A DNA stretch of 32,000 nucleotides. Source: Mycolicibacterium smegmatis (GTDB taxonomy: Bacteria > Actinomycetota > Actinomycetes > Mycobacteriales > Mycobacteriaceae). Numbering within the stretch: the stretch's first letter is position 1; the number at the start of each line of letters is the position of its first letter. The position numbers and the translations under genes are program-made. Below are positions 1 through 9,187 of the stretch, one piece after another. The stretch is from contig NZ_LN831039.1 in assembly GCF_001457595.1 (NCBI RefSeq), positions 5,100,001 through 5,132,000 of the forward strand, read 5' to 3'. A model generated the notes under the pieces. The model was not told where the DNA came from, made no database searches, and worked only from the letters and a program-made list of their open reading frames with translations.

Positions 1-2
1 TG

Positions 3-158
3 TCACTGCAGTACCTGGCGCCGGCCCGCGCGACCGATCTCATCGGCGTGGGACACGTGCTGCGCCGCGGACATTCGCTGGTGCACTGCGACGTCGACGT
101 CCTCACCCCCGACGACACACCCGTGGCGAAGGCCGTCGCGACCTACAAGCTCGGGTGA
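3..158 (+). CDS. C-terminal fragment of a hotdog-fold (PaaI-type) thioesterase-like protein, truncated by the window edge
   Basis: Open frame from the window start to TGA at 156-158: SLQYLAPARATDLIGVGHVLRRGHSLVHCDVDVLTPDDTPVAKAVATYKLG. Resembles the last strands of PaaI/DUF4442 thioesterases. Confidence 0.6.
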   Translation, partial: SLQYLAPARATDLIGVGHVLRRGHSLVHCDVDVLTPDDTPVAKAVATYKLG

Positions 159-246
159 TCACTCGCGAATGTGAAACGTCAGCGAGAAAACTGCCCAAAA
201 ATCGCTGAGGATTCACACTCGCGGAGGAGATTTCGGCCCAGCGAGC

Positions 247-738
247 TCAGAGCGTGACCTCGGCGAGCTTGCCCGTCGCGACGTCGAAGATGAAGCCGCG
301 CAGGGATTCGTGCTTGGTGACGAACGGGCTGGCCTCGATGCGGCGCAGCGACTGCCGGACATCCTCTTCGAGGTCGGTGAACGACTCGGCGGCCCACTCG
401 GGTTTGATGCCGGTCTCGTCCTGGATACTGCGCTTGAACTCGTCGTCGGTGAACGTCAGCATGCCGCAGTCGGTGTGGTGGATGAGGATGATCTCCTTGG
501 TGCCCAGCAGGCGCTGGCTGATGGCCAGGGACCGGATCTCGTCGTCGGTGATCACGCCGCCCGCGTTGCGGATCACGTGGGCCTCACCGTCGCCGAGGCC
601 CAGGATGCGGTAGACGTCGAGCCGGGCGTCCATGCAGGCCACCACCGCCACGTGCTTGCTGGGCGGCAGCGGAAGTGGCCCGCTGAACGTCTTCGCGTAT
701 TCCTCGTTGTTCGCCAGGTACTGATCAGTGACAGACAT
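247..738 (-). CDS. canA: beta-class carbonic anhydrase (about 163 aa from the internal MSVTDQ start; longest ORF extends to 786)
   Basis: Zn-ligand motifs ACMDARLD (CxDxR) and HHTDCGM (HxxC); size and sequence resemble M. tuberculosis Rv1284. Confidence 0.9.
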   Translation of the reverse strand: MSVTDQYLANNEEYAKTFSGPLPLPPSKHVAVVACMDARLDVYRILGLGDGEAHVIRNAGGVITDDEIRSLAISQRLLGTKEIILIHHTDCGMLTFTDDEFKRSIQDETGIKPEWAAESFTDLEEDVRQSLRRIEASPFVTKHESLRGFIFDVATGKLAEVTL

Positions 739-782
739 GTGCGGCAGGCTAGGCCATACTCCGTTTTCGTCACGCATCTGGA

Positions 783-2687
783 TCAACGGGATTGCAAGTC
801 GTACACCGTGACCCCGCCGACCTCGGTCTTGGGGAAGTTCTCCTTGACCCAGTTGGTGATGTCTCCGGCGCTGCCGTGGCGGAAGCCACCGGGGCCGCGC
901 CTGCCCTCGGCGGGTGCGAGGAAGTACCGGACGTCTCCGCGTTCGACGTACTGCTGGAACTGTTCGAGGGTCGGTGAATCGTCTGCGCCCATGAACCCAC
1001 CGATCGCCATGAGCGACTCACCGGTCTTGAGTTCCAGGTCACTGACCATCCACGAGCCCACACTCGCTGCCGCCCACCGGTTGTCGGTGTCGGAGATCAG
1101 CTCGCGAAGCGCCGTGTCGTCGTCTCGTTCGCCGCGGTGCGGCCCTCCGAACCCGAAACCGCCTCCGCGCTGCGGGCCCGCCATGGGGAGCGGCCCGCCG
1201 CTCTGCCCGTTGGCCACGGTCTCCACCGAGTACGCCAGCGTCGAACCCAGGCCCAGCACCACCGCCGCCAACGCCAGCGCCGCGGTGACCTGACCCGGCC
1301 GGTGTGCGCGCAGCGCGAGCAGCACCGCGACGACGACCGATCCGATCAGCACGACCCACCGCAGGGCGGGCCACCAGTCGGGCGTGCGGTTCAGCAGCAC
1401 GAACGCCCACACCCCGGTCAGGCCCATCATGGCGGCCAGCAGCAGCCGGATGCCGACGTGAGAACGCCTGCGCCACAACTCGACCACCGAGATGCCCGCG
1501 AGCGCCGCGACGGCCGGGGCCAGCGCCACGGTGTAGTACGGGTGGATCGTGCCGTCCATGAAACTGAACACCACACCGGTCACCGCCAGCCAACCGCCCC
1601 ACACCAGCAGACCGGCCCGCGTGGCCGAAGTGCGGACAGTGTGCCGGGTCAGCCACAGCAACACGACCAGACCGATCAGTGCCACCGGCAGCAGCCACGC
1701 GACCTCGGTGCCCAAGGCGTCGTTGAACAACCGGCCGATACCGGGGTCGCCGCTGTGGAAGATGCCTCGCGAGCCGCCCCCACCCGGGCCGGGGCCACCT
1801 CCACCAGGGCCGGGGCCACCGCCGAAGCCGGGACCGCCACCGCGGCCGACAATGCGCTCGATGCCGTTGTAGCCGAACGCCAACTGCAGCAGGCTGTTGT
1901 CGGTCGAACCGGCGATGTACGGCCGCGATCCGGCGGGCCACAGCGCCACCAGGGCCAGATACCACCCGGCCGAAACCGCCATGGCGACACCGCCGGCCAG
2001 CAGTATGCCCACGCGCTTGGCCACCGACGCCACGGGCGCGGCGACCAGGAACGCCAGCGCCAGGCCCGGCACGATCAGAAAAGCCTGCAACATCTTGGTG
2101 AGAAACGCGAAACCCAGTGCGCACCCGCACAGCACGACCCATCCCGTCGCGGCGCGGGCCCCGGACGCACCGATGGCGCGCACCATGAAGTAGGCCGCCA
2201 CCACGAGCAGCAGCACCAGCAACGCATCGGGGTTGTTGTAGCGGAACATCACGGTCGCGACGGGCGTGAGCGCGAGCGCGGTGCCCGCCACCAGACCGGC
2301 CACCGGCCCGCTGGTGCGCCGCACCGTCGCGTACAGCACGGCCACGGCCGCGACGCCCATGAGCGCCTCGGGCAGCAGCGTGGTGAACTCGTTGAACCCG
2401 AACAACCTGCCGGACAGGCCCATCGCCCACATCGCGGCGGGCGGCTTGTCGACGGTGATGGCATTGCCCGCGTCAAGGGAACCGAACAGCCAGGCCTTCC
2501 ACGACTGTGTCGCGGCCTGCGCCGCGGCGGCGTAGTAGCTGTTGGCCCAGCCCTTGGACCCCAGGCCCCACAGGTAGAGCACCGCGGTGCCCACCAGCAT
2601 CGCCCAGTAGGCCGGCCGGATCCAGCGCGCCTGGGGCGCCGGGGTTTCGAGGGCCGCCGACGGGCGGGCCTGTTCGACGGTGGTCAT
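783..2687 (-). CDS. PMT/ArnT-family integral membrane glycosyltransferase (634 aa)
   Basis: Multi-TM protein with YLWGLGSKGWANSYYAAAAQA, GNAITVDKPPAAMW and YTVALAPAVAALAGI; paralogous to 4045-5910. Gly/Pro-rich extracytoplasmic loop. Confidence 0.88.
   Translation of the reverse strand: MTTVEQARPSAALETPAPQARWIRPAYWAMLVGTAVLYLWGLGSKGWANSYYAAAAQAATQSWKAWLFGSLDAGNAITVDKPPAAMWAMGLSGRLFGFNEFTTLLPEALMGVAAVAVLYATVRRTSGPVAGLVAGTALALTPVATVMFRYNNPDALLVLLLVVAAYFMVRAIGASGARAATGWVVLCGCALGFAFLTKMLQAFLIVPGLALAFLVAAPVASVAKRVGILLAGGVAMAVSAGWYLALVALWPAGSRPYIAGSTDNSLLQLAFGYNGIERIVGRGGGPGFGGGPGPGGGGPGPGGGGSRGIFHSGDPGIGRLFNDALGTEVAWLLPVALIGLVVLLWLTRHTVRTSATRAGLLVWGGWLAVTGVVFSFMDGTIHPYYTVALAPAVAALAGISVVELWRRRSHVGIRLLLAAMMGLTGVWAFVLLNRTPDWWPALRWVVLIGSVVVAVLLALRAHRPGQVTAALALAAVVLGLGSTLAYSVETVANGQSGGPLPMAGPQRGGGFGFGGPHRGERDDDTALRELISDTDNRWAAASVGSWMVSDLELKTGESLMAIGGFMGADDSPTLEQFQQYVERGDVRYFLAPAEGRRGPGGFRHGSAGDITNWVKENFPKTEVGGVTVYDLQSR
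1780..1821. repeat. two tandem 21-nt imperfect repeats inside the glycosyltransferase gene
   Basis: CCACCCGGGCCGGGGCCACCT followed by CCACCAGGGCCGGGGCCACCG (19/21 identical), encoding part of GGGPGFGGGPGPGGGGPGPGGGGSRG. Confidence 0.85.
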
Positions 2688-2690
2688 GTT

Positions 2691-3989
2691 TCAGTCCTCG
2701 ATCTGTGACGGGGCTTGTGACGGGCGCCGCGTCCGGGCCGGGTGGAACACCCAGCCGCGCAACAGGACGAAGCGGACGACGGTCGCGATCAGGTTGGCCA
2801 CCACCAGGACACCCAGTTCGACCGCGCGGTGCGGCTGCGGCGTCATGATGTGCAGCAGGTAGAGCGACCCGCTCGTGATGGTGAGCGCGATCCCGAAGAC
2901 CGTCAGGCCCTCGAGGTGGTGACGCGCCACGTTGCCGGTTCCCGCGATGCCGAACGTGAAGCGGCGGTTGGCCGCGGTGTTGCCGATCGCGGTGAGCAGC
3001 AGCGCGATCAGGTTGGCGGCCTGTGCGCCGAGCCCGGCGCGCATGAGCGAGAACAGCAACAGGTAGGCCAGCGTGGACACCACACCGATGGCGCCGAACC
3101 GCACGACCTGACGCAGCAGCGATCCCGGTGGCGCGGTGTGGCGCGTGGAACCGAGTTGCGCGGCGATGGTGTTGACGGGGATGGATCCGTTGGCGAAACC
3201 ACGCAGCAGCCGGCCGATGCCCTTGAGGTCGGCGGCCGCGGTGGCGACGATGTCCACCCGGCTGTCCGGATCGTCGACCCAGTCGACGGGCACCTCGTGG
3301 ATGCGCAGACCGCTGCGCTCGGCGAGCACCAGCAGTTCGGTGTCGAAGAACCACCCGGTGTCGACGACATGCGGCAGCAGGCTCTTGGCCACGTCGGCCC
3401 GGATCGCCTTGAACCCGCACTGCGCATCCGAGAATTTCGCGGCCAGAGTGGATTTCAGGATCAGGTTGTAGCAGCGCGAGATGAACTCGCGCTTGGCGCC
3501 GCGGATCACGCGCGAACCGCGGCCCAGCCGCGTGCCGATCGCGAGATCGGAGTGACCCGAGATCAACGGCGCCACAAGCGGTGCGAGCGCCGCGAGATCG
3601 GTGGACAGGTCGACGTCCATGTACGCCAGCACCGGGGCGTCCGACGTCGACCACACGGCGTGCAGCGCACGGCCGCGGCCCTTCTCCTCCAGTCGCACGA
3701 CCCGCACGCCGGGCAGTTCCTCGGCCAGGCGCGCCGCGATCTGCGGCGTGGCGTCGGTGCTCGCGTTGTCGGCGATCGTGATGCGCGTCGGCAGCGCGAA
3801 GTTCTCCTGCAGGTAGCCGTGCAACCGCCGTACCGAATGCGCCAGTGCGGCCTGCTCGTTGAACACCGGCACCACCACGTCGAGCACCGGAACCCCGGCG
3901 GCGCGGGCGACCTGTGCGGCATTGGGGCGCGAGGCGAACCGGAACCGCTGCTCCACCGGTGTCTCGGGATCTACGGCCAACTCTGTCAT
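2691..3989 (-). CDS. bifunctional GT2 (polyprenyl-phosphate glycosyltransferase) plus C-terminal GtrA-type membrane domain
   Basis: LDVVVPVFNEQAALAHSVRRL, LAYMDVDLSTDL, DAQCGFKAIR, then the GtrA-like VRFGAIGVVSTLAYLLLFSLM...NRRFTFG. Start MTELAVDPE at 3989; ORF extends to 4061. Confidence 0.88.
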   Translation of the reverse strand: MTELAVDPETPVEQRFRFASRPNAAQVARAAGVPVLDVVVPVFNEQAALAHSVRRLHGYLQENFALPTRITIADNASTDATPQIAARLAEELPGVRVVRLEEKGRGRALHAVWSTSDAPVLAYMDVDLSTDLAALAPLVAPLISGHSDLAIGTRLGRGSRVIRGAKREFISRCYNLILKSTLAAKFSDAQCGFKAIRADVAKSLLPHVVDTGWFFDTELLVLAERSGLRIHEVPVDWVDDPDSRVDIVATAAADLKGIGRLLRGFANGSIPVNTIAAQLGSTRHTAPPGSLLRQVVRFGAIGVVSTLAYLLLFSLMRAGLGAQAANLIALLLTAIGNTAANRRFTFGIAGTGNVARHHLEGLTVFGIALTITSGSLYLLHIMTPQPHRAVELGVLVVANLIATVVRFVLLRGWVFHPARTRRPSQAPSQIED

Positions 3990-4044
3990 GTCTCCAGATT
4001 TCTGCCGCGGGTTGTGCGGCGCGTGGGGCGAAGCTATGTGCCGG

Positions 4045-5910
4045 CTATGAGTTCGGCGCACGCTGCGTCAGGTCGTAGATGGTGACGTTGTCGATCGTGA
4101 TGGGCGTGAAGTGGGCCTGCACCCACCGCGCGATCTCGGCTGCCTCCTGGCTGCCGGTGGGCGTGTGCCCGGGCCGGGCCCCCATGATGCGGCTGCGGAT
4201 GAAGTAGTGGATCTGCCGTCCGGCCACCAGCTCCTCGAACTCGGCGAGGGTGGGCGCCGGATCGGTGCCGTTGAAGCCGCCGACGGCCATGACCGGTGCA
4301 CCGGTGGCCAACTGGTAACCCGCGGCGTTGCTCGATCCCACGACCGCGGCGGCCCATGTGTAGTTGTCGGCGTCGGCGGCCAGCGTCGCGGTCAGTGCCT
4401 CCCCCGGCGTCGGCGCCGAGAACGGGCCACCGCCGAATCCGCGGGACGGGCCGACCGACGGTATGGCCCCGGTGTGCGGCGCGGCAGCGGTGGCCACGGC
4501 GTACGCGCCCGGTCCGGCGAGGCAGATCAGTACGGTCAGCGCCGCGAGCGGTCGCACCAGACGCGTGTGGACGAGATCGACCACGAGCAGCAGTACCGCG
4601 ACGGCCACGCCCACCACCGCGACCGTGGCACGCAGCCACGGCATCGGGTCGTTGTGGCGCGCCAGCAGCACCGCGGCCAGGATCACGGTCACAGCCACCG
4701 CGGCCGCCATCGCGGTCGCGACACGAATGTCGTTGCGGTGGCGCCACATCGACGTCGCACCGATGCCGATCACGGCGCCGATCGCCGGCGCGAGCGCGAC
4801 CGTGTAGTACGGATGCACGATGCCGTTCATGTAGCTGAACACCACCGCGGTCACCACAAGCCAACCGCCCCAGATGATCAACGCCGCGCGTATGCGGTCG
4901 GTGCGTGGCGCGCGGCGCGTGACGATCAGGCCGGCCACCAGGCACACCAGCGCCGCGGGCAGCAGCCATGCGATGTCGGCGCCCATCTGCCAGCCGAACA
5001 ACCGGCCCGCACCGACGTCGAAGTTGGAGTTGCCCAGCCCGCCGACCTCGGCACCGGTGAGCCGGCCGAAACCGTTGTAGCCCAGCGCCAGTTCGACGAT
5101 GCTGTTGTTCTGAGATCCGCCGATGTAGGGCCGAGAGGCGGCCGGCCACAGTTCGACGAGCACCAGATACCAGCCGCCGCTGACCACCATGGCCGTCCCG
5201 GCCGCGGCGAGGTCGGCGATGCGCGCGCGCAGCGGGCGGTCACCCGCGAGAAGCGCCGCGGCGCAGAACGCCGGCAGGACCAGGAACGCCTGCAACATCT
5301 TGGCGAGGAACCCGAACCCCACCGCGGCGCCCGCGGCGACGAACCACCAACGGGAGGCGTCTTTCTCGATGCCGCGCTGTACGCAGTACGCGGCCACCAC
5401 GAGCAACAGGACCAGCAGGGCATCGGGGTTGTTGAACCGGAAGATCAGCGCGGCCACGGGTGTGAGCGCCAGCACGGCACCAGCCAGCACGGCCGCGTGC
5501 CAACCCGCGGCGCGGCGCACCGCGGCGTAGAGCACCGCGACGGCGGCGATGCCTTCGAGCGCCTGCGGTAGCAGCACGCTCCACGAACTCAGGCCGAACA
5601 ACCGCACCGACAGGTCGATCACCCACAGCGCGGCGGGGGTCTTGTCGACCGTGATCGCGTTGGCCGGGTCGCTCGACCCGAACAGCATCGCGATCCAGTC
5701 ACTGGCGCCGGCCTGGGCCGCGGCGGAGTAGAACGGGTTGGCCCATCCGCTGATCGACAGGTTCCACAGGTACAGCAGTGCCGTCCCGGCCAGCAGCAGG
5801 GGCAGCGCGACGCGTTCGGCCCGGGACCGTGGCCGCACGGATTCAGACGTGCGGGAATCAGGTGCCTCGACCTCGGCGCGTGCGGGATCGCGGGCAACCA
5901 GTGTCACCAA
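4045..5910 (-). CDS. PMT/ArnT-family integral membrane glycosyltransferase, second paralogue (621 aa)
   Basis: YLWNLSISGWANPFYSAAAQAG, ANAITVDKTPAALWV, RFNNPDALLVLLLVVAAY; collinear with the 783-2687 product along its length. Confidence 0.88.
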   Translation of the reverse strand: MVTLVARDPARAEVEAPDSRTSESVRPRSRAERVALPLLLAGTALLYLWNLSISGWANPFYSAAAQAGASDWIAMLFGSSDPANAITVDKTPAALWVIDLSVRLFGLSSWSVLLPQALEGIAAVAVLYAAVRRAAGWHAAVLAGAVLALTPVAALIFRFNNPDALLVLLLVVAAYCVQRGIEKDASRWWFVAAGAAVGFGFLAKMLQAFLVLPAFCAAALLAGDRPLRARIADLAAAGTAMVVSGGWYLVLVELWPAASRPYIGGSQNNSIVELALGYNGFGRLTGAEVGGLGNSNFDVGAGRLFGWQMGADIAWLLPAALVCLVAGLIVTRRAPRTDRIRAALIIWGGWLVVTAVVFSYMNGIVHPYYTVALAPAIGAVIGIGATSMWRHRNDIRVATAMAAAVAVTVILAAVLLARHNDPMPWLRATVAVVGVAVAVLLLVVDLVHTRLVRPLAALTVLICLAGPGAYAVATAAAPHTGAIPSVGPSRGFGGGPFSAPTPGEALTATLAADADNYTWAAAVVGSSNAAGYQLATGAPVMAVGGFNGTDPAPTLAEFEELVAGRQIHYFIRSRIMGARPGHTPTGSQEAAEIARWVQAHFTPITIDNVTIYDLTQRAPNS

Positions 5911-5958
5911 GTCATCCTCGCGGCGGCAGCTAGGTGTCTCATTGGCCCGCCCTGTGGG

Positions 5959-7542
5959 TCAGCTGTGAGCTGCGCCGGGAAGCCGTACGACGAACCGCGT
6001 CTCACCGGGCCGACTGGTGACGTCGATGACGCCGCCGTGGGCCTTGACCACGGCCGCGACGATCGCGAGACCCAGGCCCGTGCTGCCCTCGCGGCGTGAG
6101 CGCGACGAGTCGCCGCGCGCGAACCGTTCGAACACGTCAGGCAGCAGTTCCGGCGCGATACCGGGTCCGTCGTCGGTGACCGCGACGGTGACCCAGCCCT
6201 CGGCGTCGGCGCTGAGCGCCACGGTGACCGACGTGCCGGGCGGGGTGTGGGTGCGCGCGTTGGCCAGCAGGTTCGCCATGACCTGGTGCAGACGCGCCTC
6301 GTCACCGTCGATCACCACGGCATCCTCGGGCAGGTCGAGCGACCACTTGTGCTGCGGACCGGCGACATGTGCGTCGCTGACGGTGTCGACGACCAACCGG
6401 GACAGCTCGACCCGGTCGCGCTCCAGCGGACGGCCCGCGTCCAGGCGCGCGAGCAGCAGCATGTCCTCGACGAGTTGTGTCATGCGGGACGTCTCGGATT
6501 CGACTCGGCTCATCGCATGCGCGACGTCGTCGGGCAGTTCGCCGCGTTTGCGTTGTGCGAGTTCGGTGTAGCCGCGGATCGCGGCGAGCGGGGTGCGCAG
6601 TTCGTGGCTCGCGTCGGCGACGAACTGGCGCACGCGCGTCTCGCTGGCGTGGCGGGCCGACAGCGCGCTGGCGATGCGGTCGAGCATGCGGTTGAGCGAC
6701 GTGCCGAGCTGGCCGACCTCGGTGTGGGCGACCGCGGGGTCCACCGGCACGATCGGCGTCGGCAACCGCACCTCGCCGCGTTCGAGCTCGAGATCGGCGA
6801 CCTCCCGCGCGGTCGCGGAAACCCTTGCCAGCGGCGCGAACTGACGTCTGATGAGCAGCGTGCCCGCGGTGATCGCGGCGATCAGCGCGACCGCGGCGAT
6901 CACGCAGAACATGCCGAGCACCCACAGCAGCGTGTCGTCGACCACCGAGTTGGGCAGTCCGGTGACGATGGTCTGCGGACCGCCGTGGCGCGGATGCAGG
7001 CCGATGAGGCGGTAGCGTCCGAGGCCGTCGAGGTCGATGGTCTGCGGTTCACGCGTCGCGGGGATCGCGGCCAACTGCCGGGCCGCCGCGGCGCTGACCT
7101 CCTGCCGGTCGCCGTCGGAGGTGATCACGCCTGCGTCGACCGAGCCGTCCGGTGAGACCACGGCACCCACGGTGCGGGCCGCCTGCCCGGGGGCGTTGAG
7201 AAAGCCCGGACCAGGGCCCTGCTCAGGGTCGAACACGCGCAGGTGCCGACCGGGCGGGCCCATCCCCGGCGGGAATAACGGCAGGAAACCTCTTGGTGGT
7301 GGCGGCAATTCGTAGATGGCCGCCGAGCGTCTGCCCGCCTCGAGCAGCTGTTCGTCGAGCTGGTGCATCAGGAAGCGTTGCAACGCGAACTCGGTCGCCA
7401 GGCCGATGCTCAAGCACACCACGGCGAGCAGCGCGACCTGGGTGCCGACGAGCCTGGCACGCAACGGCCAGGTGCGCGGCGACCACCACCGGGTTCCGCC
7501 GACGGCCGCTCGCGGTGCGTCAGCGCGGGGGACGAAGAACAT
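5959..7542 (-). CDS. two-component sensor histidine kinase (membrane, HAMP, HisKA, HATPase_c)
   Basis: VADASHELRTPLAAIRGYTELAQ (H-box), MANLLANARTHTPPGT (N-box), VTDDGPGIAPEL, GSTGLGLAIVAAVVKAHGG. Start uncertain (7551 or 7542); overlaps the 3' end of the response regulator gene. Confidence 0.93.
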   Translation of the reverse strand: MFFVPRADAPRAAVGGTRWWSPRTWPLRARLVGTQVALLAVVCLSIGLATEFALQRFLMHQLDEQLLEAGRRSAAIYELPPPPRGFLPLFPPGMGPPGRHLRVFDPEQGPGPGFLNAPGQAARTVGAVVSPDGSVDAGVITSDGDRQEVSAAAARQLAAIPATREPQTIDLDGLGRYRLIGLHPRHGGPQTIVTGLPNSVVDDTLLWVLGMFCVIAAVALIAAITAGTLLIRRQFAPLARVSATAREVADLELERGEVRLPTPIVPVDPAVAHTEVGQLGTSLNRMLDRIASALSARHASETRVRQFVADASHELRTPLAAIRGYTELAQRKRGELPDDVAHAMSRVESETSRMTQLVEDMLLLARLDAGRPLERDRVELSRLVVDTVSDAHVAGPQHKWSLDLPEDAVVIDGDEARLHQVMANLLANARTHTPPGTSVTVALSADAEGWVTVAVTDDGPGIAPELLPDVFERFARGDSSRSRREGSTGLGLAIVAAVVKAHGGVIDVTSRPGETRFVVRLPGAAHS

Positions 7543-8269
7543 ATCCCGCACCGCGCAGCGTGTGGATCATGGGTTCGCGCCCGCTGTCGATCTTCTTACG
7601 CAGATACGAGACGTACAGTTCGACGATGTTGGAGCGGCCACCGAAGTCATAGCTCCACACCCGGTCGAGGATCTGGGCCTTGCTCAGCACGCGCTTGGCG
7701 TTGCGCATCATGAAGCGCAGCAGTTCGAACTCGGTGGCGGTCAACGCGATCGGATCGCCTCCGCGCGTCACCTCGTGGCTGTCCTCGTCGAGCACCAGAT
7801 CTCCGACGACAATCTTGGCGCCGCCGTCCTCACTGGTCACGCCGGTGCGGCGCAGCAGCGCCCGCAGCCGCAGCACGACCTCTTCGAGGCTGAACGGCTT
7901 GGTGACGTAGTCGTCGCCGCCCGCGGTCAGACCCGCGATGCGGTCCTCCACGGAATCCTTGGCGGTGAGCAGCAGAAGCGGCAGCCCCGGGATCTGCTCG
8001 CGCAGCTTGCGCAACACGTCCAGGCCGCTCATGTCGGGCAGCATGACGTCGAGCACCACGACGTCCGGCGGCGTCTCCCGCGCCGCCGCGATCGCACTCG
8101 CACCGTCGCCCGCGGTGGTGATGTCCCAGCCCTCGTACCGCAGCGCCATGGACACCAGTTCGGCGAGCACGGGTTCGTCGTCGACGACCAGCACCCGGAT
8201 CGGGTTGCCGTCGGCCCGACGCATCACTGCCCGCCCGGTCTCGATCTCGGTGCCGTTCGCCGTTCCCAT
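7520..8269 (-). CDS. OmpR/PhoP-family response regulator
   Basis: IRVLVVDDEPVLAELV, VVVLDVMLPDMSG, LLLLTAKD, GGDDYVTKPFSLEE; C-terminal winged helix ending VSYLRKKIDSGREPMIHTLRGAGYVLRPPR. Start may be 8224. Confidence 0.95.
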   Translation of the reverse strand: MGTANGTEIETGRAVMRRADGNPIRVLVVDDEPVLAELVSMALRYEGWDITTAGDGASAIAAARETPPDVVVLDVMLPDMSGLDVLRKLREQIPGLPLLLLTAKDSVEDRIAGLTAGGDDYVTKPFSLEEVVLRLRALLRRTGVTSEDGGAKIVVGDLVLDEDSHEVTRGGDPIALTATEFELLRFMMRNAKRVLSKAQILDRVWSYDFGGRSNIVELYVSYLRKKIDSGREPMIHTLRGAGYVLRPPR

Positions 8270-8386
8270 TGCACCTATTATTCGCGCGCCCTATGGGGCA
8301 AAACTGTGCGCTTTCTATGTCCCGGCTGTGAAACTGCAGGTGCGGTACACAGGTCGCTCATAGTCCGCGGTTGCATCCTTGTGGAC

Positions 8387-8845
8387 ATGAGCATGCGACG
8401 TACCGCCGCCGCGGTGGGTATCGCGGTGGCCATCGGCGGCCTGGGCGGCGCGGCGATCTACGCCGCGACCGACGCGGGCAGCTCGGGACCTTTTCGTGGC
8501 GGGCCGGGCGGGCCACCCCGCGCCGCGGGCGTGTGGGGGCCACAACACCGCGAGCATGCCGATCCCGCGACCGTGCGCAGCGAGACCGTCCTCGTCGACA
8601 GCAAAGGCGGCTTCACCACAACGGTCACGCAGACCGGCACCATCACGGCGCTGTCACCGACCACGGTGACCGTCCGCAGCAGCGACGGTTTCACGCAGTC
8701 CTACACGCTGCCGGACCCAGCGCGACCTGGCGCCGCGCCGCCGTTCGGGATCGACGACACCGTGGAGGTGCGCGCGACCCGCGACGGCGAAACGCTCACG
8801 GTCACCAGTATCGGCGAACCGCCTGCTCAGCCGGCAGCGCCGTAA
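8387..8845 (+). CDS. secreted/anchored small protein with a beta-rich TxTGTITxxSPTTVTVRSxDGFTxxYTL domain (152 aa)
   Basis: N-terminal signal/TM segment MSMRRTAAAVGIAVAIGGLGGAAIYAATDAGSSG; divergent from the response regulator. Start at ATG 8387. Confidence 0.75.
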   Translation: MSMRRTAAAVGIAVAIGGLGGAAIYAATDAGSSGPFRGGPGGPPRAAGVWGPQHREHADPATVRSETVLVDSKGGFTTTVTQTGTITALSPTTVTVRSSDGFTQSYTLPDPARPGAAPPFGIDDTVEVRATRDGETLTVTSIGEPPAQPAAP

Positions 8846-9060
8846 CCGTCGGGCAACTCAACCTCGATGGGCGGCGTCGCAATCGAGGTCTCCAACTCGG
8901 TGGGAGCCCCGGTCTGCGTTGAAGTTTCACCCATTGTCGGCCCAAGGGCCTCATCGAACTGAGCCGAACCGGACAGGCCAGAGCCCCCGAGTACGCCGAA
9001 CGCACCCATGCTCACCGCAGCCGCGGCACCGAGCCCTGCCAATGTGTATTTGATCTTCAT
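8827..9060 (-). CDS. small secreted Thr/Pro-rich protein, paralogue 1 (77 aa)
   Basis: MKIKYTLAGLGAAAAVSMGAFGVLGGSG signal-like segment then GETSTQTGAPTELETSIATPPIE; AGGTGG just upstream of ATG at 9060. Confidence 0.7.
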   Translation of the reverse strand: MKIKYTLAGLGAAAAVSMGAFGVLGGSGLSGSAQFDEALGPTMGETSTQTGAPTELETSIATPPIEVELPDGYGAAG

Positions 9061-9110
9061 CCTGACCACCTGTAGCGATTTTTGGTCAGGCCTCCCGTTC
9101 AGCGGGAGGC
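9061..9110 (-). promoter_or_regulatory. two abutting inverted repeats in the leader of the 8827-9060 gene
   Basis: Plus-strand CCTGACCA (9061-9068)/TGGTCAGG (9083-9090) and GCCTCCCG (9090-9097)/CGGGAGGC (9103-9110). The first stem includes part of the Shine-Dalgarno-like region next to the start codon. Confidence 0.5.
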
Positions 9111-9187
9111 CCGTCGAACGATCGGCGGCCACCATAAGCAGGGCTCAGCGGGGCTGTCCACCCTCCCGGTCGGCGCGCACGTCTGGA

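Noticed and set aside
1780-1821. Possible CRISPR or intergenic repeat array
   Set aside because: The 21-nt units are directly adjacent with no spacers and lie in frame in a coding sequence.
1039-2430. 463-aa and 523-aa ORFs overlapping the first PMT-like gene
   Set aside because: His/Arg/Gly-rich shadow frames over a well supported membrane protein.
4111-5571. 486-aa plus-strand ORF opposite the second PMT-like gene
   Set aside because: GC-bias shadow frame with no domain signature.
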